Numbered from the stretch's first letter, positions 20,394 to 30,095 are shown. The stretch is 64,000 nt of DNA from an uncultured Desulfatitalea sp. (GCA_963668675.2 CAXXMB010000002.1:2048001-2112000), one strand, 5' to 3'. Made by a program: numbers and translations. The notes: generated by a model not told the origin, from the sequence alone.

Positions 20394-21224
20394 TCAATCC
20401 GTGAGGCGGCAGTAGTCTTCGTAGCAGTTTTTTTCCTCTTCGCAATAGGCCCGCAGTCGCATCATGAGCTCGTCGAAATTAACCTGATGCCCGTCAAACT
20501 CCGGTCCGTCCACGCAGGCAAACTTGGTCTCCTTACCAACGCTGACCCTGCAGCCACCGCACATGCCGGTGCCGTCGATCATGATCGGGTTGAGACTGAC
20601 CATGGTGGGGACCTCATAGGCCTTGGTGATGCCACACACCGCCTTCATCATAGGCACCGGCCCTATGGCCACCGCCTGATCGATCTTGCCCTTTTTGAGT
20701 TCCGCCTCTACCACCTCAGTCACAAAGCCGTGGTGCCCATATGAGCCGTCATCGGTACAGACATGCAGATTATGGGAGGCGGCACCCATCTGCTCTTCGA
20801 GAATCAGCAGATCCTTATTGCGGGCACCGATCACACAGGTCACCTGATTGCCCGCCTGCTTGAAGGCCCTTGTAATCGGATGCAGCACGGCCACCCCCGT
20901 TCCGCCGCCCACACAGAGCACATTGCCCACCTTCTCGACATGGGTGGCCCGCCCCAGGGGGCCGATGACATCCTGAAAAGCGTCACCCTCTTTGAGATCG
21001 CGGAAAAGGGCCGTGGACTTGCCGACCACCATGTAAATCACAGTGATGGTGCCCTTCCCCGAGTCGGTATCGGCCATGGTCAGCGGAATCCGCTCACCCT
21101 CTTCGTTGGCCTTGAGGATGACAAATTGTCCCGGTTTGGCCTTGGCTGCGATCAAAGGAGCCTCGATTTCATTCAAAATCACTGTTCCTTGAGCCATCTC
21201 TTTACGATGTACGACCTTAAACAT
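20394..21224 (-). CDS. nfnA: NfnA / PyrK-like FAD and [2Fe-2S] subunit
   Basis: PGQFV, ERIPLT, GGGTG, MIDGTGMCGGCRV..FACVDGPEF. Confidence 0.88.
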   Translation of the reverse strand: MFKVVHRKEMAQGTVILNEIEAPLIAAKAKPGQFVILKANEEGERIPLTMADTDSGKGTITVIYMVVGKSTALFRDLKEGDAFQDVIGPLGRATHVEKVGNVLCVGGGTGVAVLHPITRAFKQAGNQVTCVIGARNKDLLILEEQMGAASHNLHVCTDDGSYGHHGFVTEVVEAELKKGKIDQAVAIGPVPMMKAVCGITKAYEVPTMVSLNPIMIDGTGMCGGCRVSVGKETKFACVDGPEFDGHQVNFDELMMRLRAYCEEEKNCYEDYCRLTD

Positions 21225-21488
21225 ATCTCCTCCTTTGGTATTACCATCGGTTCCGATTTTTCATAGCGCCTTTAGAAGAAAAAGAAAAGCAGAGTTAACC
21301 GTTTTTCGATAAAAATTGGTTCTACCAACTTTAAAAGACAAGCGTCTTCAAAGCGTGTCCGCTCCTGGCAGGGCCGCGTCTTCTTACTACAGGCATGGGA
21401 ACAGGTTGATTCAAACCGCGTTTGATGTTATCCGAATGCGGCTTGAACCGAGCGAACCGGGACGTCAAAAAGGACCGAAGAAGCGACC

Positions 21489-22280
21489 ATGGATATTTTC
21501 GACAGCCACTGCCACCTCGATGACAACGGATACGATGATGATCTAGACGCGGTGATTCGACGGGCCCACGATGCCGATGTGACCGCCATGATGCAGGTCG
21601 GCATCGATCTGCACACCTCCCGGAAGGGGATCGCCATCGCCAGCCGTTACGACAGCGTCTATGCGTCGGTGGGTCTGCATCCCCACGATGCAAAAAGCGG
21701 CAGCGAATCGACACTCGGCGAGCTGCAGACCCTCGCAGGCGATGCCAGTGTAAAGGCCTGGGGTGAAATCGGCCTTGATTTTAACCGCATGTACTCGCCC
21801 AAAGCGGACCAGGAGTTATGGTTCGTCCGCCAGATCGAAGCGGCCGGGGCAGCTCACCTGCCCGTGATCTTTCACGAGAGGGACAGTCAGGGCCGCTTTT
21901 TGCAAATACTCAAAGCCCATTGGGCATCTCACTGCACCGGCGTGGTGCACTGCTTCTCTGGCACAGATGCCGAACTGGATGCTTACCTCTCGATGGGGCT
22001 CTGTATCGGCATTACCGGCATACTGACCATCAAATCACGCGGCGAAAAGCTGCGCCGCATGGCCCAGCGGATACCGGCCGAACAGCTTTTGGTCGAAACC
22101 GACGCCCCCTACCTGACCCCCACGCCCGAACGCAATAAGTTTCGCCGCAACGAACCGGCCTTTGTCCGCACCACCCTACACAAACTGGCCGCCATTCGCC
22201 AGGTGCCGATAGAAGAGATGGCCGCTCTCACCTGGGCCAACGCCTGCCGGCTCTTCAATTTAGATGCACTGCAGCATTAG
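21489..22280 (+). CDS. tatD: TatD family nuclease
   Basis: DSHCHL, GLHPH, GEIGLD, VVHCFSG, ETDAPY. Confidence 0.92.
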   Translation: MDIFDSHCHLDDNGYDDDLDAVIRRAHDADVTAMMQVGIDLHTSRKGIAIASRYDSVYASVGLHPHDAKSGSESTLGELQTLAGDASVKAWGEIGLDFNRMYSPKADQELWFVRQIEAAGAAHLPVIFHERDSQGRFLQILKAHWASHCTGVVHCFSGTDAELDAYLSMGLCIGITGILTIKSRGEKLRRMAQRIPAEQLLVETDAPYLTPTPERNKFRRNEPAFVRTTLHKLAAIRQVPIEEMAALTWANACRLFNLDALQH

Positions 22281-22443
22281 CCTGAAAAATCCTTCTAAAA
22301 CCGACACCCCCAATTTTCATCAACAGCGTAGGCCCTCATCTTAAGATCTGAACAAAAATGGCGATCATATGAGTGATGGGCGGATTGAACGCATTGGATT
22401 GCGGACCGACGCCAAATACTCTCAGAGATAGAGGGCAAACCCC

Positions 22444-22947
22444 ATGAAAAAGCGCACACTGCTCATCGTCGATGATGAGCCAATGATATTGAAAGCCATT
22501 TTGCGGATTCTACGCAACGACAGATACGTCATCTTCACATCAGAAAATGCCGACGAGGGGCTTAAGCTTATCGAAAGCCGCGAAGTGGACCTGGTGATCA
22601 GCGATCAGAACATGCCCGGCATGTCTGGAGTGGAATTTTTGCGGAAGGTCAAAGCCGACCACCCCGACACCCTGACGATCATGCTGACTGGTCAGACCGA
22701 TATCAACGTAGCCATGCAGGCGATCAACGACGCCGGCGTCTACAAATTCATACTGAAACCCTGGGACGACGACGACTTTAAGCTAACCATCCGGCGCGCC
22801 TTGGAGTCGAAAGAGCTGATGCGTGAACGAGACACGCTCAAGGAGCGCGTCCAATCCCGCGATGCCATGCTGCAACAACTGGAGCGGGAGCATCCCGGCA
22901 TCACCAATGTGCCAAAAGACAAGGACGGCTATCTGCTGTTTGACTAG
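22444..22947 (+). CDS. Response regulator with short coiled-coil C-terminus
   Basis: IVDDE, SDQNMPGMSG, KPW. Confidence 0.88.
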   Translation: MKKRTLLIVDDEPMILKAILRILRNDRYVIFTSENADEGLKLIESREVDLVISDQNMPGMSGVEFLRKVKADHPDTLTIMLTGQTDINVAMQAINDAGVYKFILKPWDDDDFKLTIRRALESKELMRERDTLKERVQSRDAMLQQLEREHPGITNVPKDKDGYLLFD

Positions 22948-23612
22948 CCTTTTGGAAACTTCGATGCCAGACCGGCAATGGTGTGTCTCACGAGTGTACC
23001 GTCCTGAAAGATGGAAACCTCAGCCATATCCGAAAAGAGCCCCTGAACCGGGCACTCAACACCGCCATGGGCAAGGGGAGTGGCGGCCCAAAGAGCCAGA
23101 CCGCGCAGGGCGGTATTGCCCGAGGTGAAATGGGATGTAATGAACGCCAGCGCATCACCCATCAGATGGGGCCGGACCCGGGCCAAGCGACCGACCGCCC
23201 ACAACACCCCCTCCTGCAGCCCTTCATGTTCCAGGAAATTGCCGTCGGGATTGAGGTAGGAGACGAGAATCGGTGCATACTCCCGAGCCAGAACGGGGTG
23301 GCGCGCCATGATCTCCCCCATGGCTTCAGGTGATCCCCACCCCATGCCGCCCGACTCATCATTGAGATTCCACATCAGCCGCCGCATGACCACCCGGGCC
23401 GATTCCGGCTCGCGATCCGCCAGGCGGGAGACCACTTCACCCATGGCTGCGACGGCAAACCACCGCATCTGAAGATCACAATGGTAGAGCAGCCCGAACA
23501 GGGGATTGACCACCCTGCGTGCCGGCATCTTGGCTACGCAAGACAGGGCGGTCGCAAAATCGCTGGTCTGGAAGAGTTGCTCAACCTGTTTTTTCAGCTG
23601 CCGCATTGCCAT
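22944..23612 (-). CDS. HEAT-repeat-like conserved protein (DVU0298-like)
   Basis: MRRLMWNLNDESGGMGWGSPEAMGEI motif. Confidence 0.75.
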   Translation of the reverse strand: MAMRQLKKQVEQLFQTSDFATALSCVAKMPARRVVNPLFGLLYHCDLQMRWFAVAAMGEVVSRLADREPESARVVMRRLMWNLNDESGGMGWGSPEAMGEIMARHPVLAREYAPILVSYLNPDGNFLEHEGLQEGVLWAVGRLARVRPHLMGDALAFITSHFTSGNTALRGLALWAATPLAHGGVECPVQGLFSDMAEVSIFQDGTLVRHTIAGLASKFPKG

Positions 23613-23647
23613 AGAAGAATCGGTAGTCCATTCTCAATTTCGAAAGA

Positions 23648-23995
23648 CTAAAACGTCACCAGTTCATAACCCTCTGCACGATAGCGGGCCATGCTGGGAT
23701 GTCCATTCATCTCATCCAGAAGGGTCAATCCCTGCTCCTGGGCCGCTTCCAGCGTGCCCATCTTCTGAGAACAGGCCTTGCACACGCCTTCGACCAGGCC
23801 GGCGGCCTTCACCTTTTCCCACAACGTGTGCAGCGGGTTTTCCGGCATGATCAATTCAGTGATCAGTTTGGTCGCCGCTCCTTCGACAACAATGCCGCCC
23901 TTCTCTCCACGGGCATGCATATCCAGGGCGTTGAGCAGTACGTGGATGAAACACATGGGATCGCCATTGAACACGAATAGTACCATTTTGCGCAT
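23648..23995 (-). CDS. DsrE-family protein
   Basis: CFIHVLLNALD, EGAA, VCKACS, GHPSM. Confidence 0.75.
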   Translation of the reverse strand: MRKMVLFVFNGDPMCFIHVLLNALDMHARGEKGGIVVEGAATKLITELIMPENPLHTLWEKVKAAGLVEGVCKACSQKMGTLEAAQEQGLTLLDEMNGHPSMARYRAEGYELVTF

Positions 23996-24114
23996 CGTTC
24001 TCTCCTGTTAAGTTGGGTCAAGCACTCATTGCAGTATACCGTTGTTGTGTCACCCGGATCAACAGCGGAATGTCCGGAACGTAAGGGTTGTTTTCAAGAA
24101 ATGCTTCGCTGTAC

Positions 24115-24897
24115 CTATTTCTTCTTATTAAACCAGGACCTGACATTCGACACCAGGTTGACGCCTTCCGATAGGGTCTGGGCAACCACAGAGACGGGGG
24201 ACGATTTCGCCCCGCCCAGAACGCCCTCGGGTGCCTTGTCGGCACTCCCGCGCCATTTGCCCACCTCGCGCAACCCCATGTAGCCGAGGATGATCGAGAC
24301 CACCCAAGGTATCGATTCCATATAGAGTTGACCGGCAAACGTCGCCGGACCGCCCTTCCCGGCAAAAAGCACTGCCAGTTTTTCCAGGGTGCCCGCATTG
24401 ATCTTCTCGGGCCACTTCATCACACCGAACACGTATTCGAACGAGTTGAACGGGTCGATCCAGCGATCGAGAAACGGCAGCCAGGCAATCATCAGATGCT
24501 GAAGCATGTCGATGATGACCAGGAAGAAGGGAAAGAGCACGTAGAGCACCATGCAGCGTACCGACCATGGACGGGTGGTCATGCGCATGATGGCGATTTT
24601 GGAGGCGGCATCTTCGCTCACCCTGGAAGTGATGTTCGCATCGACGAGACCGATCTCCACGGCCAGCCGCTCGTTCTGAGCGGTGTACTTGTCCACCTCC
24701 TTGGCCATCACTTCAGCCCAGCGGTTCTGCTGCTCCGGAGACAACTGCTGAACCTCGGTCTGCAACTCTTCCGGAGTCGACGCCTGGGAGGGATCGCCAG
24801 TGACCGCTTTCACCGTATCGCGACCCTTCTTAAAAAGCTCCGAAACTTTGCTAGCAGCAGTAATAATGGTCGGAATGGCAGATATCAATTGCAACAT
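24115..24897 (-). CDS. Putative 3TM holin (gene-transfer-agent holin-like)
   Basis: N-terminal amphipathic/coiled region, TRPW then TM helix, C-terminal IILGYMGLREVGK motif; next to a peptidoglycan peptidase. Confidence 0.65.
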   Translation of the reverse strand: MLQLISAIPTIITAASKVSELFKKGRDTVKAVTGDPSQASTPEELQTEVQQLSPEQQNRWAEVMAKEVDKYTAQNERLAVEIGLVDANITSRVSEDAASKIAIMRMTTRPWSVRCMVLYVLFPFFLVIIDMLQHLMIAWLPFLDRWIDPFNSFEYVFGVMKWPEKINAGTLEKLAVLFAGKGGPATFAGQLYMESIPWVVSIILGYMGLREVGKWRGSADKAPEGVLGGAKSSPVSVVAQTLSEGVNLVSNVRSWFNKKK

Positions 24898-24913
24898 CTT
24901 CTCCTCCTTTCCG

Positions 24914-25468
24914 TCAGGCGATCATTTCCGGCGCTATGAGTTTGCGCTCGACCAGGGCAAGCTCGATCTCTTCCGGCCCCATCGTCTTCAAGGGGTTGCC
25001 GCCCGTTTTAAGCTGGGCGTGGGGATACTCCCTGAAGCCGGTCCAGTCGCCGGCCCAGTTCATTCCCACCTGTCGTACCGCCTCGCCATAAGCATCCCAA
25101 AACGCCTTGGCGTGCAGGTAGTTCCACTCCGGCTTGCCGCCGATCAACGGTACGGCATCCCACGCTTCGCCATAGTTGTGCCACGACTCTCCCGGTGCGG
25201 CATTGGTGACGTGCCGGCCGTAGCAGGGCCCGACGCTTTCGATAACATTGGCCAGGTAGTCGAAACCCCTGCGGCTCAACTTGACCATCTTGGCATCGAT
25301 CTCCTTGCGTGAGCGCGATTGCCGGTAAAGCCGGGCCTGCTCCTCCAGCGGGCGCAAGGTGCAGTAGATGAGAAGATCAAATCCAACAGCCTCCTTGCAG
25401 GCCTGTTGCACCAGAAGCGCCTTTTCACCCGCCTCGGGCACGAGGTCTTTCAAATCTCTTGACGCCAT
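24914..25468 (-). CDS. M15 family L-alanyl-D-glutamate peptidase (endolysin/ChiX-like), no signal peptide
   Basis: TLR..EEQARLY, VTNA..GESWHNYGEAWD, WAGDW, EYPHAQL (Zn ligands H, D, H). Confidence 0.88.
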   Translation of the reverse strand: MASRDLKDLVPEAGEKALLVQQACKEAVGFDLLIYCTLRPLEEQARLYRQSRSRKEIDAKMVKLSRRGFDYLANVIESVGPCYGRHVTNAAPGESWHNYGEAWDAVPLIGGKPEWNYLHAKAFWDAYGEAVRQVGMNWAGDWTGFREYPHAQLKTGGNPLKTMGPEEIELALVERKLIAPEMIA

Positions 25469-25469
25469 G

Positions 25470-25535
25470 ATCTATCCTCCTGATTATGGGCCTCCTGTTT
25501 ATGGGCCTTCTATGCGTGGGTCTCCTGTGTCTGGG
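25470..25535 (-). repeat. 15-bp-period tandem repeat of SD/GGA-like motifs upstream of the peptidase
   Basis: cctcct/cctcct/ccttct/tctcct at 25476, 25491, 25506, 25521. Confidence 0.75.
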
Positions 25536-25821
25536 TTAACACCGTGTCGGTTTGCTTGCACCTGCGCATGGAGCTCCTTGTTCTAACTTACCGCAGGTTA
25601 CCCGGGACCAGGACGGCATCACGACTGTGGAGATGGCGGAGGTCAAATGGTAGATGTGCCGGATCTTTTTGAAATTTGAAAGGAGATGGTGGTGCTGTTG
25701 TAACCTACTATATTAACAACTAATACAACACCATATGATGTGCAAGAACTTTTTGAAATCATCGGGCAGGGACGGAGGGCACCCCGCCCCTGCGACAACA
25801 ATAGAGAGAAGTCGGATCGGC

Positions 25822-26013
25822 TCACTCCGTTTCCCAGGTAATCACATCTTCGGGGCAATACTTGATCGCCTCGTCCACACAAGCCCGGGGGTAGTCGTCC
25901 ATATCGGCCACGGTGATATAGCCGGCGTCGTTCATACTGAACACCTCGGGGCATACAGCCACACACCCCATGCAGAGGGTGCATGTCGAGAGATCCAGAG
26001 ATGGTCGCTTCAC
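25822..26013 (-). CDS. Ferredoxin (single [4Fe-4S])
   Basis: CTLCMGCVAVCP..CP; GTGA overlap with fprA stop. Confidence 0.9.
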   Translation of the reverse strand: MKRPSLDLSTCTLCMGCVAVCPEVFSMNDAGYITVADMDDYPRACVDEAIKYCPEDVITWETE

Positions 26014-27203
26014 GAAGGCACCTGCTCGTTGATGGCACGTCCGATAGCCTGGCCGAAGGCAAAACTCTCTTCAAGGGCATCGTTGGATGGCACATACTGG
26101 TGGCGCACCGGATCGATGATGTCGAGCTTCATGGCCTCCAGCTCCTGGGTAATCACCTTGACCGCCTCACCGCTCCACCCATAAGAGCCAAATGCCGCTC
26201 CGATTTTGTTGGTCGGCTTAAGCCCCTTCATATAGGTCAAAAAATCGCTGACCGTGGGGAAGAGGCCGTTGTTGAGGGTGGGCGATCCAACAATCACGGC
26301 TTTAGCATCCAATACGGCAGTCATGATGTCGCTGCGGTGCCATTTGCGCAGGTACATGGGGCGCACGGCAACGCCCTCGGCATTGAGCCCCTGGGCGATG
26401 GCATCGGCCATGCGCTCGGTGCTGTGCCACATGGTATCGTAGACCAGGACTGCCTTGCGCTTGGCCGTCTGTTTGCTCCACTCGGTGTAGGCAGCAATAA
26501 TCTTTTCGGGCTCTTTGCGCCAGATCACACCGTGATCCGGACATATCATTTTTATCTCCAGCCCCATCTTGATCACTTTGTCGACAAGTTTGAGAATCAA
26601 CGGCGCATAGAGCATCAGGATGTTGGCGAAATACTTCTTTGCGTGGGGCATGATGGTATGGCCGACCACGTCGTCGAATTTTTCAAAGCCGGCGTAATGC
26701 TGCCCGAATCCGTCGCTGGAGAAGAGAATTTTATCCTCCTTCAGATAGGTGAACATACTGTCGGGCCAATGCACCATACGCGTTTCGATAAAAGAGAGGG
26801 TGCGGCTGCCGAGGCTTATCTCATCTCCACTCTTGACGGCTTGGTAGTTGAGTTTGGGCACAAAGTGCATACCGAGATTCTTCGCACCCATCTTGGAGCA
26901 GTAGATCGGTTTCTCTTCACCGATACGGTGCATCACCCGCGCCAGGCTTCCGGAGTGATCCATCTCGGTGTGGTTGCTGACCACGAAATCAATGTTGCGC
27001 GGATCGACAACCTGCTGGATGTTGGCGATGAGCTGGTCGGCGAACTCTTTTTTGACCGTATCGATCAGGACGATTTTTTCATCCACGATCAAATAGGCGT
27101 TGTAGCTCGTTCCCAGAGGGGTGGAGTAGCCGTGAAAATCGTCTATGTTCCAGTCGTTGACGCCGACATCGTATACGCCTTTTGCGATTTCGATTGGTTT
27201 CAT
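26010..27203 (-). CDS. fprA: Flavodiiron protein (FprA/ROO)
   Basis: HTEMDHSG, VHWPD, SDGFGQH, PDHG, flavodoxin domain with GSYGWSG. Confidence 0.95.
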   Translation of the reverse strand: MKPIEIAKGVYDVGVNDWNIDDFHGYSTPLGTSYNAYLIVDEKIVLIDTVKKEFADQLIANIQQVVDPRNIDFVVSNHTEMDHSGSLARVMHRIGEEKPIYCSKMGAKNLGMHFVPKLNYQAVKSGDEISLGSRTLSFIETRMVHWPDSMFTYLKEDKILFSSDGFGQHYAGFEKFDDVVGHTIMPHAKKYFANILMLYAPLILKLVDKVIKMGLEIKMICPDHGVIWRKEPEKIIAAYTEWSKQTAKRKAVLVYDTMWHSTERMADAIAQGLNAEGVAVRPMYLRKWHRSDIMTAVLDAKAVIVGSPTLNNGLFPTVSDFLTYMKGLKPTNKIGAAFGSYGWSGEAVKVITQELEAMKLDIIDPVRHQYVPSNDALEESFAFGQAIGRAINEQVPS

Positions 27204-27420
27204 TGCTCTTTTCCTTCAATTGCGTCTAAGGTTTTTAAGGGTGTTTCCCTGCGAGTGTGAACAACATCCTTGGCCGGAGAGTATCCAGTGACTTATCAGT
27301 CACAGGGGGTTCGGGGAGCACACAACCGTGTCTCACGCAACGATTGCAAATGGGACCGTTGCCGGTGCTCTCCGAACGCTCCATGGTGACAGTCATGAAA
27401 GTGGCGCCACGAACGGGTGG

Positions 27421-27462
27421 AAAAAATGGCAATGCCCTTTCTGCGTCCGGCAAAAAGGGCAT
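27421..27462 (-). terminator. Hairpin/terminator after rubredoxin
   Basis: atgcccttt/aaagggcat stem with nearby U-tract on minus strand. Confidence 0.55.
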
Positions 27463-27486
27463 CGGCACTTACACAATCGGAAAAAC

Positions 27487-27648
27487 CTACTCCTCTTTTT
27501 CAAAATCGTCTTTGGACGCACCGCAAACCGGGCATTCCCAATCCCCGGGAAGGTCCTCGAATTTGGTGCCGGCCTTGACGCCGTTGTCCGGATCGCCCTG
27601 CTCGGGGTCATACACATAGCCGCAAATCGTGCATACATAACGGTCCAT
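27487..27648 (-). CDS. rub: Rubredoxin
   Basis: [28 protein letters not shown]. Confidence 0.97.
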   Translation of the reverse strand: MDRYVCTICGYVYDPEQGDPDNGVKAGTKFEDLPGDWECPVCGASKDDFEKEE

Positions 27649-27742
27649 CTGATTCATCCTCCTTGTGTCTGTGTTCGTTATCGTCGTCAATACCCATCCA
27701 GCAGGTATATCGGTTGGCCTCATTCGTCCTCGACGCAGCTGA

Positions 27743-28711
27743 TCAAACAGAGGCGATGAACAGCTTCACCTTCGTCTCGATCTCATCTCGCACGTGACGC
27801 ATCATCTCCATGGATTGGCCGGCCGGATCGGCAAACACCCAATCTTCACGCACAGCGCCAGGCACCACCGGGCATTGTTCCCTGCACCCCATGGTGACGA
27901 TGATCTCCGGCATATGCCCTGCAATGGCATCCTCGATAGCCTGGGTAGTGGCAAAACCCATGTCAATGCCCCGTTCCTGCATCGCTTCGATCATGGCGGG
28001 GTTCACTTGAGCGGTCGGTTCACTGCCGGCACTGGCCACGTCCAGCCGATCCCCACCATAGAGCCGGGCAAAAGCTGATGCCATCTGGCTGAGGCAGGCA
28101 TTCTCCCGACAGGCAAATAGCACCCGACGGCGACCGATCAAGTCCTGGGTCAGCTCCCGGGCCGCCTCGGCCACATCCGCTTGCATGGTAGGGTGGTTCT
28201 GAATATGTCCGCGGCCCTCGATGCGCCGGTAGGTCAAGCTGCCGGAAAATCGGGCGCTGATGCCATCAAAAAAGTATTTGGCGGTCAGGTTCAATCCATC
28301 AAAGAGCTGTTTGCCGGAGGTGGCGCCGACAGAGAGCATATAGCCGCGCCGTACGCTGTGGCCAGGATCCTTTAGTTTGAGCATATATTTGCGTGCCCAC
28401 AGGGTCTGGCAGCGGTCGATCAGGGCTTTGAGCTGGGCCGTGACGTTGTAGAAAAAGATCGGTGATGCCGCCACCACAATATCAGCCTTGCGCAGCAACC
28501 CGAAAATCTCTTTGCCCATGTCATCGTCGATGGGGCAAACGCCCTTCTTCTCACATACGGTCAACTCACGGCACGGTTCGATGTTACGGCGGCAGACGTC
28601 AATGGTCTGTGTATCGACGCCGAGGTGCACCAGCTCCTGCATGAAGGCTGCCAGGAGCAGATCACTGTTGCCCTTCTTGCGCGGGCTGCCTTGGAGGCCC
28701 AGAGCTAGCAT
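27743..28711 (-). CDS. Iron-sulfur flavoprotein/FMN reductase domain fused to ArsC/LMW-PTP-like domain
   Basis: [23 protein letters not shown]-terminal [23 protein letters not shown]. Confidence 0.85.
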   Translation of the reverse strand: MLALGLQGSPRKKGNSDLLLAAFMQELVHLGVDTQTIDVCRRNIEPCRELTVCEKKGVCPIDDDMGKEIFGLLRKADIVVAASPIFFYNVTAQLKALIDRCQTLWARKYMLKLKDPGHSVRRGYMLSVGATSGKQLFDGLNLTAKYFFDGISARFSGSLTYRRIEGRGHIQNHPTMQADVAEAARELTQDLIGRRRVLFACRENACLSQMASAFARLYGGDRLDVASAGSEPTAQVNPAMIEAMQERGIDMGFATTQAIEDAIAGHMPEIIVTMGCREQCPVVPGAVREDWVFADPAGQSMEMMRHVRDEIETKVKLFIASV

Positions 28712-28716
28712 CGTCA

Positions 28717-29064
28717 CTACTCCCTCACGTGGCACTGGCTACAGGTCACCGGCCCGGCTTTATTGCCAGCCTTTTTCTCGGCCTTGTGGCATTTGATGCA
28801 GAGCGTGTTCATGACCTGCTTCTTCTTCAACGCGCCTTCCGCTTTAAGCTTTTCAATGCTGCCCTTCTGCTGAGGAAAAGCAGCATGGCAGACCATACAA
28901 TCCTGTAGTCTTTCCTGGTGGTCCCTATGGGTGAAAGGCACCAGACCGCGGCTGCCACCTTCAAGCGTCATCTGCGCAGCACCCTTTTCCACTTGCGCTT
29001 GAACACCGAAGGCCATGGCCACCGCCATAACCGTTACAACCATCAAAATAGAGATGCGAATCAT
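28717..29064 (-). CDS. Periplasmic triheme c-type cytochrome (c3/c7-like)
   Basis: Signal peptide, FTHRDH, three CxxCH motifs. Confidence 0.88.
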   Translation of the reverse strand: MIRISILMVVTVMAVAMAFGVQAQVEKGAAQMTLEGGSRGLVPFTHRDHQERLQDCMVCHAAFPQQKGSIEKLKAEGALKKKQVMNTLCIKCHKAEKKAGNKAGPVTCSQCHVRE

Positions 29065-29241
29065 AAGTGGTCTCTTTCGGATATCTATCGATATCAAACA
29101 GGATAGCGTTTGGCCCCATACCGATTCCAACAGGTACCAATTGGTTCAGCAAGACACATCGCCCTTTTCACACAGGCGCCGGCCGGCCGATTATACCCTT
29201 CTCTTTTGGTCAAGCGGCCGCAGAGCGCACGGAAAAAACGA

Positions 29242-29427
29242 TCAGGCCGCACCGTCCAGTGAGCATTGTGAAAAATCGATGGGTTTCCCGCACTTGTCGC
29301 ATTTGTGCGTTTTATGAAATTCGTCTGAAAAAATTTCTTTGGAAGCGCCACACTCCGGACATTTACACACAAACGATTTCAGGTTGCGAAAATTTTCAAA
29401 CCCGGGGCAATGCTGAGGTGTAGACAT
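29242..29427 (-). CDS. Small Cys-rich zinc-ribbon-like protein
   Basis: HCPG, CKCPEC, CDKC; AGGAGG RBS. Confidence 0.75.
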   Translation of the reverse strand: MSTPQHCPGFENFRNLKSFVCKCPECGASKEIFSDEFHKTHKCDKCGKPIDFSQCSLDGAA

Positions 29428-29461
29428 AAGGTCCTCCTTTTGTTTGACAGAGGGTTACGAA

Positions 29462-29617
29462 CTACTTTATGCGCGGATCTTTTCCGCCGGCGGCACAATC
29501 CGGTGTATAGCAGGTATTGTCCAAAAATTCGCATGCCTCTTTGCAGGATGGACATTTTTCCGGCGGACGCTCGGCCTCCAGTTCATATCCACAATTGCCG
29601 CATTTCCAACTGGCCAT
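29462..29617 (-). CDS. Rubredoxin-like protein, 51 aa (absent from the ORF track)
   Basis: Hand translation MASWKCGNCGYELEAERPPEKCPSCKEACEFLDNTCYTPDCAAGGKDPRIK; GGGGGTG RBS. Confidence 0.85.
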   Translation of the reverse strand: MASWKCGNCGYELEAERPPEKCPSCKEACEFLDNTCYTPDCAAGGKDPRIK

Positions 29618-29720
29618 ATCATCACCCCCTTGTTTTACATTAAACGGGATTCAGGTGGAAGGAGGATCCGGGCCCCACCGCACCAGGGACCCGGCCTTCC
29701 TGTAATATAACCGGAAACCC

Positions 29721-30095
29721 CTAAGCTTTCCAGTGCCCGTGCAGGTTACAGTATTCACGAGCTGTGATGCTGGCAGCCTCAACCATGAAGGTGGCTTCGG
29801 GTGCCTGCCCCGGCTCGAGGAACTGCCGGTAAACCTTTCCGTCAGCGACGATTTCAATCCACTCGATGTAATGTTTCTCTTCCATGGGATGAGCCACGCT
29901 GCCCACCTTGACCTTCACTCCGCCATCGATCTTCTCGATGACCGGCACGTGCTTCTCCTTCGCCGCATCGACCGTGTTCTCTTTCAAACATTCCATGGGC
30001 TGGCCGCAGCATACCAACTCGCCGGCACCGGCATGCAACACTTCCACGATATTGCCACACAGATTGCATTTATACACTTCCAACCTTTCTGTCAT
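29721..30095 (-). CDS. dfx: Desulfoferrodoxin (2Fe superoxide reductase)
   Basis: CNLCGN..CCG, EKHVP, HPM..HYI, CNLHG. Confidence 0.97.
   Translation of the reverse strand: MTERLEVYKCNLCGNIVEVLHAGAGELVCCGQPMECLKENTVDAAKEKHVPVIEKIDGGVKVKVGSVAHPMEEKHYIEWIEIVADGKVYRQFLEPGQAPEATFMVEAASITAREYCNLHGHWKA

Noticed and set aside
24115..25800. Prophage around the holin/peptidase pair
   Set aside because: No integrase, att repeats, structural or replication genes nearby.
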